Positions 1 to 10,646 of a stretch of DNA of 64,000 nt are shown one piece after another. The translations under genes and the position numbers were made by a program. The first letter of the stretch is position 1; each line of letters starts with the position of its first letter. Location of the stretch: NCBI GenBank assembly GCA_937890005.1, contig CALBZA010000004.1, positions 280,573 to 344,572 of the forward strand. Direction: 5' to 3'. The notes under the pieces were generated by a model, which was not told the DNA's origin, made no database searches, and saw only the letters and a program-made list of their open reading frames with translations. Origin of the DNA: an uncultured Verrucomicrobia subdivision 3 bacterium (GTDB lineage Bacteria; Verrucomicrobiota; Verrucomicrobiia; Limisphaerales; DASXHY01).

Positions 1-360
1 CGGCCAGAACCAGCAAGAAACTGAAACGGCAGGCACGTGCAATTCGACTGCTGCTGACAAACGGCATCAGGTGACGCGTCTTAAAAGACTCGTTCCGCGG
101 GAAAAGTCAATCGCGGGGAGTTCATGCCTCGAATTTTCAACGCGGAGACGCTGAGGACGCAAAGAGCCGCAGGAAAGTAAAGATGACATTGGCCATTTGC
201 TTCACCGTTTTGTTGAAGAGCTTTCTCGGAGCAAGAGTTTCATCAGTTTATATTCCGAGGCAACTTCCCTCTGTGTATCTTTGCGTCTTCCGCGCCTCTG
301 AGTCAAAGCGACAGCCTCCGTTCTCGCCAAGCAGGCACGTTCTTCCGTACAGTTCGCGCG

Positions 361-2907
361 GTGTCAAAGAGCCTTTACGATCTGATCCCGCGCGACGAAA
401 ACCTGAGCAACGATGCGTTGCTGGGACGTTTTCTCGAATACGCCGAGGCACGGCAGCTTCAGCTCTATCCGGCCCAGGAATCGGCCATTCTCGAATTGTT
501 CGAGGAAAAGAACGTCATTCTGAACACGCCGACCGGTTCCGGAAAATCGCTCGTGGCTGCCGCGTTGCATTTCAAGGCGCTATCGCAAGGACGTCGCTCG
601 ATCTACACCTGCCCGATCAAAGCGTTGGTGAACGAGAAATGGCTGGCGCTGTGTCGTGAGTTCGGACCGGACAACGTCGGCCTCAGCACGGGCGACGCGT
701 CGGTGAACCGCGATGCGCCGATCTTCTGCTGCACTGCAGAAATTCTGGCGAACATCGCGTTGCGCGAAGGTGATCAGGCTGACGTGTGCGATGTGGTGAT
801 GGACGAATTCCATTATTACGCCGATCGCGAACGTGGCTGGGCGTGGCAGGTGCCCTTGCTGACGTTGTCGCAAGCGCGGTTTCTCCTGATGTCCGCAACG
901 CTCGGCGAAACCGGCTTTTTCGAAGAGCAGCTTACGAAGCTCAATCGCAGGCCGAGCGTCACCGTGAGTTCCACACATCGGCCCGTTCCACTCGATCACG
1001 CCTATTCGGAACTGCCCCTGGCCAAGACGCTTGAAGCGCTGGTCGCCAACGGCAAGGCGCCGGTTTACGTTGTCCACTTCACTCAGCTCGAAGCGGCACA
1101 GAGCGCCCAGGATTTCACCAGCATCAACGTCTGCACGCGCGAGGAAAAAGCTGCGATCGGGAACGCCATCGAAGGCTTCAAGTTCAGCAGTCCCTACGGT
1201 CCCGAAATAAAACGCTGGCTCCGGCACGGCATCGGGCTGCATCACGCCGGATTGCTGCCGAAATACCGCGTGCTTGTGGAACAACTCGCCCAGCGCGGTC
1301 TGCTCAAAGTGATTTGCGGCACGGACACACTCGGCGTGGGCATCAACGTCCCGATCCGCACCGTGCTGTTCACGAAGCTTTGCAAGTTCGACGGACAGAA
1401 GGTAGGCATTCTGAGCGCGCGCGATTTTCATCAGATCGGCGGCCGTGCCGGACGGAAGGGCTTCGACAATGTCGGTTGGGTGGTCGCGCAGGCGCCGGAA
1501 CATGTGATCGAAAATCTGAAGCTTGCAGAAAAGGCGGCGCGCGATGGAAAGAAGACGGTGAAGCGCCAGGCGCCGGAGAAGAACTTCGTGAACTGGGACA
1601 AGAATACGTTCCTGCGATTGATCGCTGCGCCGCCGGAACGGTTGCAATCGCGATTCCAGGTCACACACGGCATGCTGCTCAACGTTCTCAGCCGGGAAAG
1701 CGATGGCTGTGCCGCGATGCAGAAGTTGGTTCGCGACTGCCACGATTCGCCAAAGCAAAAACTCGCGCACACAAAACGCGGCTGGCAGCTGTTCCGATCC
1801 CTGGTGGAAAGAAAGATCGTCGAGTTCATTCCCCGCACGTCTTCCGGTCAAAAGCTGCGCGTGAACGTCGAGTTGCAGGACGATTTTTCGATGGACCAGA
1901 CGCTGTCGCTCTATCTCCTCGAAACGCTGCCGCTGATAAATCCCGAACAGCCGGATTACGCGCTGATCGTGCTGACGCTCGTCGAATCGATTCTTGAGAA
2001 CCCCGACATCATTCTCCGCAAACAGCTCGACAAGGTGAAGGCGGCGAAGATTGTGGAGATGAAAATGGAGGGGCTCGATTACGATCAGCGGATGGAGGAG
2101 CTGGAAAAGCTCGAGTATCCGAAGCCGAACCGCGAATTCGTCTATTCCACGTTCAATGCGTTCGCCGACCGGCATCCTTGGGTGGGCCAGGAAAACATCC
2201 GGCCCAAGTCGATTGCGCGGGAAATGTTCGAACAGTTTCGATCGTTTTCGGATTACATCCGCGATTACGAATTGCAGCGCGCCGAAGGCGTTTTGCTGCG
2301 TCACTTGAACAGCGTGTTCAAGGTGCTGTCGCAGACGGTTCCGGATTCGGCCAAGAACGAACAGGTGCGCGAGATGGAGCTGTATCTCGGCACGATGATT
2401 CGGCAGGTCGATTCGAGCCTGCTGGATGAATGGGAGAAACTGCGCGATCCGAATTATCAGCGCGAAGAAACGAAGGAAGTTCGTCCGCCCGGCGCCGAAG
2501 CCGCCGCCGCCGACATCACACGTGACACGAAGGCGTTCACCGCGGCGATTCGCAATCGCATCTTCATTTTCCTGCGTGGACTGGTGATCGGCGACTACGA
2601 ACAGGCGATTGCGAATCTTTCGATGCCGCAGGATTCAGACGGCCAGCCGTGGACCGCGGAACGGTTGCGAAGCGCGGTGGAAGCGCACAAGGCCGGGCGC
2701 GAACGCATCTGTCTCGATCCAGACGCCCGCAACGCGCGGCATACCTACGTGCTTCCGTCCGAGGACAAAAAGACCTGGCGCGTGCAGCAGATGCTGGTCG
2801 ATCCCAACGAGGACAACGATTGGGTGGCCGAGTTCACGGTGGATTTGAATGAAAGTCGAACGGCAGGTGAACCGCATCTGAAGCTGGTGCGAATCGGGAC
2901 GCTTTGA
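361..2907 (+). CDS. DEAD/DEAH-box superfamily-2 helicase with long DUF3516-like C-terminal region
   Basis: 848-aa ORF with GTG start. Helicase motif [10 protein letters not shown], motif [11 protein letters not shown], motif III MSATLG, then HHAGLLP and GGRAGRKG. About 450 aa of helical C-terminal extension, typical of this helicase family. Confidence 0.9.
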   Translation: MSKSLYDLIPRDENLSNDALLGRFLEYAEARQLQLYPAQESAILELFEEKNVILNTPTGSGKSLVAAALHFKALSQGRRSIYTCPIKALVNEKWLALCREFGPDNVGLSTGDASVNRDAPIFCCTAEILANIALREGDQADVCDVVMDEFHYYADRERGWAWQVPLLTLSQARFLLMSATLGETGFFEEQLTKLNRRPSVTVSSTHRPVPLDHAYSELPLAKTLEALVANGKAPVYVVHFTQLEAAQSAQDFTSINVCTREEKAAIGNAIEGFKFSSPYGPEIKRWLRHGIGLHHAGLLPKYRVLVEQLAQRGLLKVICGTDTLGVGINVPIRTVLFTKLCKFDGQKVGILSARDFHQIGGRAGRKGFDNVGWVVAQAPEHVIENLKLAEKAARDGKKTVKRQAPEKNFVNWDKNTFLRLIAAPPERLQSRFQVTHGMLLNVLSRESDGCAAMQKLVRDCHDSPKQKLAHTKRGWQLFRSLVERKIVEFIPRTSSGQKLRVNVELQDDFSMDQTLSLYLLETLPLINPEQPDYALIVLTLVESILENPDIILRKQLDKVKAAKIVEMKMEGLDYDQRMEELEKLEYPKPNREFVYSTFNAFADRHPWVGQENIRPKSIAREMFEQFRSFSDYIRDYELQRAEGVLLRHLNSVFKVLSQTVPDSAKNEQVREMELYLGTMIRQVDSSLLDEWEKLRDPNYQREETKEVRPPGAEAAAADITRDTKAFTAAIRNRIFIFLRGLVIGDYEQAIANLSMPQDSDGQPWTAERLRSAVEAHKAGRERICLDPDARNARHTYVLPSEDKKTWRVQQMLVDPNEDNDWVAEFTVDLNESRTAGEPHLKLVRIGTL

Positions 2908-3079
2908 GCCGAATTTAACGCAAGGGCGCGAGGACGCGAAGATCGCAAAGTGGGCAGACGATCGTTTCTTTGCCATGCGTGAGTTCCGCATTCGCTGCGC
3001 CATCCTCGCGTTCAGGTGAAAATCCGGATTGGTTCTTGAACCTTTGCCCTCGCATCTTTGCGTTGGATGAAGCGCGTCC

Positions 3080-4162
3080 TCACTTCGAAAGCTCAAGCAC
3101 CAGCTGTTGCGCCACCGGCTCGCGCAATCCGGCTACCCCCAGTCCCAGCAATCGCAGCGGGCGTTTCACCAGTTTTTCGCGACCGAGCAGAAAACATCCG
3201 AGGCGGTAAATTTCACGCGGCTCCGTCACAGGCTCTTCAACGGTGATCTGCCGCGTCAACGTGGTGAAATCGCCGTAGCGCACTTTCACCTGCACGGTAT
3301 GCGCGCCGAGGCGACGCCGCTTCAACCGGGCTGAGATATCCTCCGCCTGCGTTCTCAAACAGGCCCGCAGAATTGTTCGATCGTCTGTGTCACGCAGAAA
3401 CGTTTCCTCTTCGCTGATGCTTTTGATTTCGTCGCCGATTTCCAACGCCCGATCGTCGTTGCCGAACGCAAACTGCTTCAGCTTCGGTCCAAACGATCCA
3501 ACCAAGGCACGAAGGTCGCCTGGATATTGCTGAAGATCTCCGACCGTTTCGACGCCAGCCCCTTTCAAAACCTGTTCTGTGACGCGTCCCACGCCATAAA
3601 GCGCGCGCACTGGCAGTGATTTCAGAAACTCCACTTTTTGACGCTCGAGAATCACGGTCAGGCCGTCAGGCTTCTGGTGATCGCTCGCGATTTTCGCGAG
3701 AAGTTTGTTCGATGCGATGCCGATGGTGGCGGTCAACTGGCGTTCGGATCGGATCCGGTGCTTCAGATCTTCTGCAATCGGTTTCGCGGTGACCAACGCT
3801 TCATCTGGATCGGAACATTTCACCAGCGCGGACAGATCCATGTAGGCTTCGTCGATCGACATCTGCTCCACGATCGCGCCTGTGGACGCCACGATGCGCA
3901 TGATTTCGCGCGATTCCGCCTTGTAATGGTCCATGCGTGGCCGGACGAAAATGCCATTTGGACAAAGGCGCGCTGCCGTCGCGCTGGGCATGGCGGAACG
4001 GACACCGAACTTCCTCGCTTCATAGCTGGCGGCACAAACGACGCCGCGCTGATTTGCGGGCGCGCCGACGATTACCGGCTTGCCGCGAAGCGCCGGCTGG
4101 TCGCGCTGTTCCACAGAAGCGTAGAAGGCGTCCATGTCGAGATGGAAGATGACACGAGTCAC
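3080..4162 (-). CDS. dinB: DNA polymerase IV (Y-family translesion polymerase)
   Basis: 360-aa ORF with HLDMDAFYASVEQ and SIDEAYMDL catalytic motifs. Full-length Y-family layout including the little-finger region. Confidence 0.93.
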   Translation of the reverse strand: MTRVIFHLDMDAFYASVEQRDQPALRGKPVIVGAPANQRGVVCAASYEARKFGVRSAMPSATAARLCPNGIFVRPRMDHYKAESREIMRIVASTGAIVEQMSIDEAYMDLSALVKCSDPDEALVTAKPIAEDLKHRIRSERQLTATIGIASNKLLAKIASDHQKPDGLTVILERQKVEFLKSLPVRALYGVGRVTEQVLKGAGVETVGDLQQYPGDLRALVGSFGPKLKQFAFGNDDRALEIGDEIKSISEEETFLRDTDDRTILRACLRTQAEDISARLKRRRLGAHTVQVKVRYGDFTTLTRQITVEEPVTEPREIYRLGCFLLGREKLVKRPLRLLGLGVAGLREPVAQQLVLELSK

Positions 4163-4262
4163 TGCGGGGACAGGTTAATACAGTGCGGGTGCTGCGACGC
4201 AACTTCTGCGTTGACCGTGCGCCACGCCGCCGACATCGTCCGGAAAATCAAATGGAGCCACT

Positions 4263-5015
4263 ATGATTATTCCACCCACCTGGTCCCTGCCGGATGCGAT
4301 CCGTGCGCGTCTCGGCCAATCCACTTTTGGACGTCAGCGCGCCATTTATGAAGAGCGACATCTGTTGCTGGTGCTGCATAAACCGCCCGGACCGGACGAT
4401 CGGAACCGCGAAGGACAGCTGTTCTGGCGAAATCCGGACGGTGAATGGCAATACAGTCGTGGCGGTCCCGGCCCCGGTTCGCTCAAGCGGCATGTGCAGG
4501 CCTATTCGGAGATCGAAGCGAAGCTCGCCCAGAACTATGAGCAGGTCGTAACGATCGAGCAGCTGTTCGATCTTATCGAAGCTCTGAATCCGCTGGTGCG
4601 TTCTGCCCGGAACATGCATCAGGCGCTTCAAACGGCGCGTGACGCCGTGAAGAACGACACGTTCCTGATTGAAATGCGCGATCAGGCGTATGAAGTGGAA
4701 CGCAATCTTGAGCTGTTGCTCGAAGACGCGCGGAATGCGTTGCAGTATCGCTCCGCCCGCGAGGCTGAGGCGCAGGCGAAGCTTTCGAAACAGGCACTGC
4801 TGGCGAGTCATCGATTGAACATTCTGGCCGCGCTGTTCTTTCCGCTTACCGCCGTCGCGAGCCTGTTCGGGATGAACCTCGCGCACGGATTGGATCAACA
4901 AAAAGTGGTGCTTTTCTGGACCGTCGCCTTGATCAGCCTCGGACTGGGTTTCGCAATGAAATCCTGGGTGCTGGCTGATTCCGCCGACGGGAATGATTCG
5001 GATAAGAAGAAATGA
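4263..5015 (+). CDS. CorA-like metal-ion channel family protein (short form, unknown N-terminal domain)
   Basis: 250-aa ORF with ATG start. The C-terminus has two hydrophobic helices separated by the CorA signature (LFGMNLAHG). The N-terminal ~170 aa is not recognisable. Confidence 0.6.
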   Translation: MIIPPTWSLPDAIRARLGQSTFGRQRAIYEERHLLLVLHKPPGPDDRNREGQLFWRNPDGEWQYSRGGPGPGSLKRHVQAYSEIEAKLAQNYEQVVTIEQLFDLIEALNPLVRSARNMHQALQTARDAVKNDTFLIEMRDQAYEVERNLELLLEDARNALQYRSAREAEAQAKLSKQALLASHRLNILAALFFPLTAVASLFGMNLAHGLDQQKVVLFWTVALISLGLGFAMKSWVLADSADGNDSDKKK

Positions 5016-5163
5016 CTCACGGGAACGTGCCGCTTTGATGGCCGGAGTTCGACACCGCTTTGCGTAGAGAAATGCGGGTTTATTTTGAACAAGTCGTTTT
5101 CTCGCATCTTTCCCACTCCGCGGTGTTCAGCGTCTTTTGCACCTCTGCGTTGAAAATTTGTGT

Positions 5164-7866
5164 TCAACCGCGCCCGCCCCAACGGACCAGCTCCCGGACC
5201 TTTCGATTGAACACTTCCGCTGCGAGCAATTGTTCAAGCGTGAGATGCATTCGATAGCGCCAATAGTGCTTCGGATTTGCGGGAATGTTGATGCGCTCCG
5301 AATTCACATCAGAACGTCGAAGCGTTTCATCCATGCCCAGCCAGTCCTGAAGCTGAAGAATGCACCACATGGCCGGCGACGCGAGATGCTGGCGCACGAT
5401 CAGTTCGTTCAAATCGCCGGAGCATTTTTCCGGCGCGATGCCCGGCAGTTTCAATTCCTCGGAATAGAACTTTTGCGACAGCGCGCGGTCTTCCTCCCAC
5501 CAGCCGCGAATCGTGCTCATGTCGTGTGTGGATGGCGTTACAACACTCAAGTAGGGCGCATCCGCCGGACGCGAGAATGTCGCGCCGAGTGTTTTCGGCA
5601 TGCGCTGAATTTCCAGGCTGAGCAATCCGAGCTCCTTCATCACGCCCGGAACGCTCGCCGGAACGAGACCGAGATCCTCGCCGCAGATCAGCATGTTTGT
5701 GACGCGCTTGAACACCGGCAGTTTCTGCATCGCCTCATCGCGCCAGAACTGATCCTGCCGGACAAAAAAGTAATCGTTGTAAAGCGCGAGCAATGCCGAT
5801 TGCGTGTTTGGGTCCAACTGCTGGAACGATGCCGTTTTCGCGATGTCGAAACGGAAGTGAAACGTGTCTGGCTTTTCGGCTTCGAATAACAGCACGTTGC
5901 TGACGAGGTCGAACAGTCCGAGTTTCAGCCTGGCGTTGGATTCGTTCTGTTCGAGCTGCTGGAAGTGTTCTTCGATCTTTCGCTGCGTGGCGAATTCCGG
6001 TTTCAGGCGGTAGCGGTCTGGTCCAATGGAATCGAGAAACGTTGCTTTAACCGAGTCGGACTTTTCGGCGAACACCGCGCGCAGGACTTCATCATTGATG
6101 AACGGCAGAAGAAAACGTTCGCGATCAAACGCAATGCCGCGTCCGGAAAATTCACTGAGCGAAACAGGAATGGCCGGAACGAAACGTCCGAGAATTCCTT
6201 CCACCGCATCGAGCGGAATGCTCCAGATGCGGAAGAAGCCGAGGATATGATCGATCCGGAACGCGTCGAAGTAATGCGACATCTGCGCGAAACGCTGTTT
6301 CCACCACGCGAATCCATCCTGCTGCATGCGCGGCCAGTTGTAGGTCGGAAATCCCCAGTTCTGACCCTTGTCCGAAAACGGATCGGGCGGCGCGCCAGCC
6401 TGCATGTCGAGATGAAACAGTTCCGGATGCTGCCAGGTGTCGGCGCCGTGTCGCGCGACGCCGATGGCGATGTCGCCTTTCAGAACGGCGCCTTTTTCGT
6501 GTGCGTGCGCCGCGGCTTCCTGCAACTGCGTGTGCAGATGGAATTGGACGAAGAAATGAAACGCGACGGAGTCGTAATATTCCGAACGCGGCGCAGTGAG
6601 CTTTTCAATTTCTGCTTCGGTGCAGTGACGGTGCTTCGGCCACTTCGAATAATCTGCGGTTCCAAACCGGTCGCGCAGAGTACAGAACAGCGCATACGGT
6701 TTGAGCCAGTGCTGGTTTTCGTGGAAGAAATCCTTGTAGGCCTTGCTGCGGAAGGTGGTTTTGGAGCGCGCAGTATAAAGCCGCTTCAAAATCGACAGCT
6801 TCAGCCGCATCACGGCTTCGTAATCGATTTCCTCGAGCGCGTTCAGCCTCTGACGTTCCGATTCGAATTCGTTCAAAACCGATTTGAACTTTGCGCCGGC
6901 CACCTGCGCGACATCGATGTAAAGCGGGTGCAGCGCGAACGCCGAAATCGCGGCATACGGATACGAATCCACCCAGGTGTGCGTTGCGATGGTGTCGTTC
7001 ACCGGCAGAATCTGGATGAGCCGGATGCCGACGCTTGCCGCCCAGTCCGCGAGCCGTTTCAAACTGATGAAGTCACCGACGCCCCAATTCGCATCGGATC
7101 GCAGACTGAAAACCGGAATGGCGACTCCGGCGCCGCGCCAGGTTGTTGCCGGCAGCCGGATGAATCCGTCGTTCACAATCACGCGACCTTCGGGCGCGGT
7201 TTGCAGATCCAAAATCCGATTCGGTCCTTCTTCAAACCGGAGGAACGCACCGGTCCCCGCATGGACAACCGCATACTTGTATTCGATCGGAAACGGCGCT
7301 CGCGAAAGATCAACACTTACCGACAACTGATCTTCGCAGGGAGTGCGTCCAAGTCGAATTCCGTTCGCGGGATTCCAACTTCCCAGTTCGGAAATGCTGC
7401 CGACGAGACAAAGGGTTTGTCCCGGTTCGAGCTGCGGCGCTTTGATTCGGAAAACGTGAGTGAAGTGAGCTGGAGCGCCCGCCGATTCTTGTGGGCCATG
7501 ATCTTTCAACAACACGTCTCGAAACGGTTGTGTGGAAAAGGTGTTCTCAGCAAAGCCCGGCACGTTCCAGGAATCGATGACGACCACTTCCTTGCGGTCC
7601 AGCAGCGCCGGAAGAAGAACGCGATCCTGTCCCCAATCCAGCGAGAGCGTTCCGTCGGTGCCGCGGAACAGATAGGAATATTTCAGTCCGTCTTCAGGAA
7701 CGGCTTCGAGGGGTAGGTTCAGCTCGATCTCCCAGAAATCGTGATTCAGCCAGCGCATCGGCAAAGCGCGTGAGGCGTCGCCGCTTCCGAGCAGCGGGTG
7801 ATCGCCCAGCAACCAGAGAGATTCGCCAAAGCGCGTGTGGAACCGGATTCGCAACGTGAGTTTCAT
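5164..7866 (-). CDS. malQ: 4-alpha-glucanotransferase (GH77 amylomaltase) with two N-terminal CBM20-like starch-binding modules
   Basis: 900-aa ORF. Two N-terminal modules fit the CBM20 pattern (LWLLGDHPLLGSG...WEIEL and LCLVGSISELGSWNP...YKYAV). These are followed by a GH77-type catalytic region (GVGDF, FRIDHILGF, GEDLG, THD). Confidence 0.9.
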   Translation of the reverse strand: MKLTLRIRFHTRFGESLWLLGDHPLLGSGDASRALPMRWLNHDFWEIELNLPLEAVPEDGLKYSYLFRGTDGTLSLDWGQDRVLLPALLDRKEVVVIDSWNVPGFAENTFSTQPFRDVLLKDHGPQESAGAPAHFTHVFRIKAPQLEPGQTLCLVGSISELGSWNPANGIRLGRTPCEDQLSVSVDLSRAPFPIEYKYAVVHAGTGAFLRFEEGPNRILDLQTAPEGRVIVNDGFIRLPATTWRGAGVAIPVFSLRSDANWGVGDFISLKRLADWAASVGIRLIQILPVNDTIATHTWVDSYPYAAISAFALHPLYIDVAQVAGAKFKSVLNEFESERQRLNALEEIDYEAVMRLKLSILKRLYTARSKTTFRSKAYKDFFHENQHWLKPYALFCTLRDRFGTADYSKWPKHRHCTEAEIEKLTAPRSEYYDSVAFHFFVQFHLHTQLQEAAAHAHEKGAVLKGDIAIGVARHGADTWQHPELFHLDMQAGAPPDPFSDKGQNWGFPTYNWPRMQQDGFAWWKQRFAQMSHYFDAFRIDHILGFFRIWSIPLDAVEGILGRFVPAIPVSLSEFSGRGIAFDRERFLLPFINDEVLRAVFAEKSDSVKATFLDSIGPDRYRLKPEFATQRKIEEHFQQLEQNESNARLKLGLFDLVSNVLLFEAEKPDTFHFRFDIAKTASFQQLDPNTQSALLALYNDYFFVRQDQFWRDEAMQKLPVFKRVTNMLICGEDLGLVPASVPGVMKELGLLSLEIQRMPKTLGATFSRPADAPYLSVVTPSTHDMSTIRGWWEEDRALSQKFYSEELKLPGIAPEKCSGDLNELIVRQHLASPAMWCILQLQDWLGMDETLRRSDVNSERINIPANPKHYWRYRMHLTLEQLLAAEVFNRKVRELVRWGGRG

Positions 7867-7971
7867 GCCTTGCTGATGACGCCATTGATCTCGTTTGAAT
7901 TCACCCGGGTCAATACCCCGGCGGCGCCGTTCGAATAGCAGTCTTCGCTTGATCCCGACCAGTCTGCAAAC

Positions 7972-8005
7972 GGAAAAAGGCGTTGCTCTGAAAAAGCAAC
8001 GCCTT
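7972..8005 (-). terminator. Rho-independent terminator downstream of the sigma-factor gene
   Basis: Perfect 11-bp stem aaggcgttgct / agcaacgcctt (7977-7987 and 7995-8005) with a 7-nt loop. On the minus strand it is followed by TTTTT (7972-7976). It lies 25 nt after the stop of the 8030..9034 gene. Confidence 0.75.
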
Positions 8006-8029
8006 CGTGCGGATCGAATGTGTGACGGT

Positions 8030-9034
8030 TCAGACGGCGGAAGCCATCCTGTTCCGCAGCTTCTTCAATGCGATTTCCTGAATCTGGCGGATGCGTTCGC
8101 GCGTGAGGCCGAAGTGTGCTCCGACTTCTTCAAGCGTTTTTTCTGCGCCGCTGTCGTTCAGGCCGAATCGCAGCGAAAGAATCTTTCGCTCACGTTCGTC
8201 CAGCGTCGCCAGCGCGTCTTGAACCGACGAAAGTTCCGTTTCCTTGTCGAGCCGTTCGTACGGCGCGGCGGCATTCACGTCGGCGACCAGTTCCGAAACC
8301 GAACTGGTGTCGTCGTCGCCCACCGGTGAATCCAGCGACACTGGCGCGCGGGAAGCATCGCGATATTGCCGGATGCGGCGAGCGTTGATCCCCAGTTCAT
8401 CCGCCAGCTCGTCGTCGGTTGCGTCGCGGCCGAGAACATCACGCAGCCGCGTTTCTGCGCGGCGGATGTGCGCGACCTTGTCCACGACGTGAACCGGCAG
8501 GCGAATCGTTTTGCCCTGATTCGCGAGGGCACGTTTGATCGCCTGTTTGATCCACCACGACGCGTAGGTGGAAAGCTTCGCGCCTTTGGAAGGATCGAAT
8601 CGCTCGACACCTTTCATCAGGCCGATGTTGCCTTCGTTGATCAGGTCGAGCAGCGGCAGGCCGAGATTCTCGTAATCGCGAGCGATCTTCACCACGAGGC
8701 GAAGGTTCGCCTTGATCATTTCTTCGCGGGCCTGCTTGTCGCCTTTGCGAATGCGTTTGGCCAGGGCGATTTCCTCTTCAGGTGTCAGCAGCTTCACCTG
8801 TCCGATTTCGCGCAGGTACAGATGAAGCGTGTCGCTGCGCTCGTGCGAAACGGGCGGCAGTTCTGCTGACGCCAGCTCCTTCTGTTGTGGTTCGGCGGCG
8901 GTATCTTCGAGCACGATCACCGGCTCCGGAACTTCCGCTTCCGGGCGTTTGGTTCTTCCGGGCGCCAACCGGATACGCGCGGGCTTCACTACCGTCGCCC
9001 GGCCATGGTTTCTTCTCTTCGCAGTCGTCTTCAT
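8030..9034 (-). CDS. RNA polymerase sigma-70 family factor (RpoD/SigA-like, short N-terminus)
   Basis: 334-aa ORF. Region 1.2/2 motifs ([41 protein letters not shown]) and region 4.2 HTH ([28 protein letters not shown]). Confidence 0.9.
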   Translation of the reverse strand: MKTTAKRRNHGRATVVKPARIRLAPGRTKRPEAEVPEPVIVLEDTAAEPQQKELASAELPPVSHERSDTLHLYLREIGQVKLLTPEEEIALAKRIRKGDKQAREEMIKANLRLVVKIARDYENLGLPLLDLINEGNIGLMKGVERFDPSKGAKLSTYASWWIKQAIKRALANQGKTIRLPVHVVDKVAHIRRAETRLRDVLGRDATDDELADELGINARRIRQYRDASRAPVSLDSPVGDDDTSSVSELVADVNAAAPYERLDKETELSSVQDALATLDERERKILSLRFGLNDSGAEKTLEEVGAHFGLTRERIRQIQEIALKKLRNRMASAV

Positions 9035-9061
9035 ATCAAATCTTCTTTCTCTTTCTTCGGT

Positions 9062-9391
9062 TCAGGCGTTCTGCAGCGCCTCCAGTTTCGTGGTGATGAC
9101 TTTCTTTCCCGCCGCGCCGACGAGTTGATCGCGCACTTCTCCCCTGGAGAAATAGAGCAGCGTGGGAATCGAACGGATGCCGAAGCGAGACGCCAGGGCG
9201 GGATTCTCGTCCACATTGATCTTGGCCACGGTGGTGCGCCCGGCTTGTTCGCGGGCAATTTCATCCAGCACCGGCCCGATCATCTTGCACGGGCCGCACC
9301 ATTCGGCCCAGAAATCGACAAGCACAGGCTGTGTTGCGTTCAGAACTTCTTTCTCGAAGTTCGATTCATTCACTTCAATGGTCGCTTTCAT
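9062..9391 (-). CDS. trxA: thioredoxin
   Basis: 109-aa ORF with WCGPCK active site and typical thioredoxin length. Confidence 0.95.
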   Translation of the reverse strand: MKATIEVNESNFEKEVLNATQPVLVDFWAEWCGPCKMIGPVLDEIAREQAGRTTVAKINVDENPALASRFGIRSIPTLLYFSRGEVRDQLVGAAGKKVITTKLEALQNA

Positions 9392-9407
9392 GTTCGGTTC
9401 CTTTCAT

Positions 9408-10646
9408 TCAGGCGTTTTCTGCAAATTCATTCGGAGTGATCGGCAGTGTGGCAGGCCGGTGCACGTCCCTCGCTTCCACGCGGCTGCCCAGCCAGACGCT
9501 GAGCGCGCCCGCGGCAACGGCGATCCAGCCGAGCATATGATAGTTGTGCAATTCGCCGCCGGGTCCGCGGGTGACAACCCAGCCGCCGAGGCTGGAGGTT
9601 GCGCCCATCGCCAGATCACGTGCGCAGCCGCTTAAACTCATGAACGCGCCGCGGCGGGACGGCGGGACGGCGAGCGTCATGATCGCCTGCCCCGGCACGA
9701 AGCGTCCGCTGGCAAACACGAAGAACGATCCCGCCAGCATGAGCACGCCCCACACGGGCAAAGGACCGGAATTCGTGATCGTCAGTGTTACCATCGCCGC
9801 GATCACCACGAGCACCGTGAACACGCGCAGCCGACCAAACTTGTCCGCAAGTTTTCCAACCCGCGGCGCCGTGAACACCGTGAGAACGCCGCCCGTGAGG
9901 TAAACCAGGAACAAATGCTTTTCCGGCAATCCCGCGTTGCTCACAAAGAACGGCGACATGAGCGGTATGATTGCAAAATGACTGACTACTGTGGCCGTCA
10001 TGAACAGCAGCGCGCGGCCGGCGTTGGTGTCGCGCAACAGCTCGGCAAAGGCGCGTTTTGGATCGGCGCCGTTTTCCAGATGACCGCGCACGGGAGGCAG
10101 TCCGCGAAATGCGATGATCCACACGGCCACGCCGGCGATCACGAGCATTAAAAATGGCGTTTCCCAACGGAACATCTGCGCGAGCTGCAGTCCGAACGGA
10201 ACGCCGAGCGCCGCCGCTGCGGAAAATGCCGTCATCACAATGCCGACTCCGGCAGCCCGGCGTTGAGGGGGAACGACGTCGCCGACAATCGACATCACCA
10301 TCGCGCCCGACAATCCGCCGAATGCTCCGCTGAACGCGCGCGCAATCAGCAGAGTGAGCGCGGTGTTCGAAAGAGCGCAGGCCAGTGTGCCGATCAGGAA
10401 GCCTGAATACGACAGCAGCAGCACCTTCCGCCGGTCGAAACGATCTATGAACGGCGCCGTCAGCAAACCGACCGCGCCCGAGCTGAGCGTGTAGGCCGCG
10501 ACCAGCGTGCTGAAATACTGCGGGCCGATGTTCAGCTCACGCATCAACTGCGGGCCGAGCGGCATCATGATCATGAAGTCCACGATGTGCGTGAACTGCA
10601 CGGCCGCGAGCAGCAAAAGTAGTGAGCGTTCCGAAAGTGACTTCAT
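9408..10646 (-). CDS. MFS transporter
   Basis: About 412 aa when started at the ATG at 10646 ([18 protein letters not shown]...). That ATG overlaps the TGA of the upstream RND-OMF gene (ATGA). About 12 hydrophobic segments. The longer tracked ORF (to 10697) would overlap the upstream gene by 55 nt. Confidence 0.85.
   Translation of the reverse strand: MKSLSERSLLLLLAAVQFTHIVDFMIMMPLGPQLMRELNIGPQYFSTLVAAYTLSSGAVGLLTAPFIDRFDRRKVLLLSYSGFLIGTLACALSNTALTLLIARAFSGAFGGLSGAMVMSIVGDVVPPQRRAAGVGIVMTAFSAAAALGVPFGLQLAQMFRWETPFLMLVIAGVAVWIIAFRGLPPVRGHLENGADPKRAFAELLRDTNAGRALLFMTATVVSHFAIIPLMSPFFVSNAGLPEKHLFLVYLTGGVLTVFTAPRVGKLADKFGRLRVFTVLVVIAAMVTLTITNSGPLPVWGVLMLAGSFFVFASGRFVPGQAIMTLAVPPSRRGAFMSLSGCARDLAMGATSSLGGWVVTRGPGGELHNYHMLGWIAVAAGALSVWLGSRVEARDVHRPATLPITPNEFAENA

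Noticed and set aside
183-659. 158-aa ORF spanning the repeat-containing leader and the start of the helicase gene.
   Set aside because: It overlaps the helicase frame and reads through the GC-rich palindromic repeats. Its composition is not protein-like.
580-2304. 574-aa minus-strand ORF inside the helicase gene. Similar long antisense or out-of-frame ORFs occur at 5965..7716, 12380..14155, 45150..46208, 47279..48304, 49689..50663, 52114..53730, 53652..54551 and 55506..56801.
   Set aside because: Each lies fully within a gene that has clear family motifs on the other strand or frame. Their translations are Arg/His/Gly-rich with no recognisable domains. This is the usual stop-codon-poor antisense artefact of GC-rich DNA.
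4163-4262. Looked for an SOS/LexA-type box upstream of dinB.
   Set aside because: There is no convincing palindrome in the 100-bp divergent spacer, and I cannot assert a lineage-specific LexA motif from memory with confidence.
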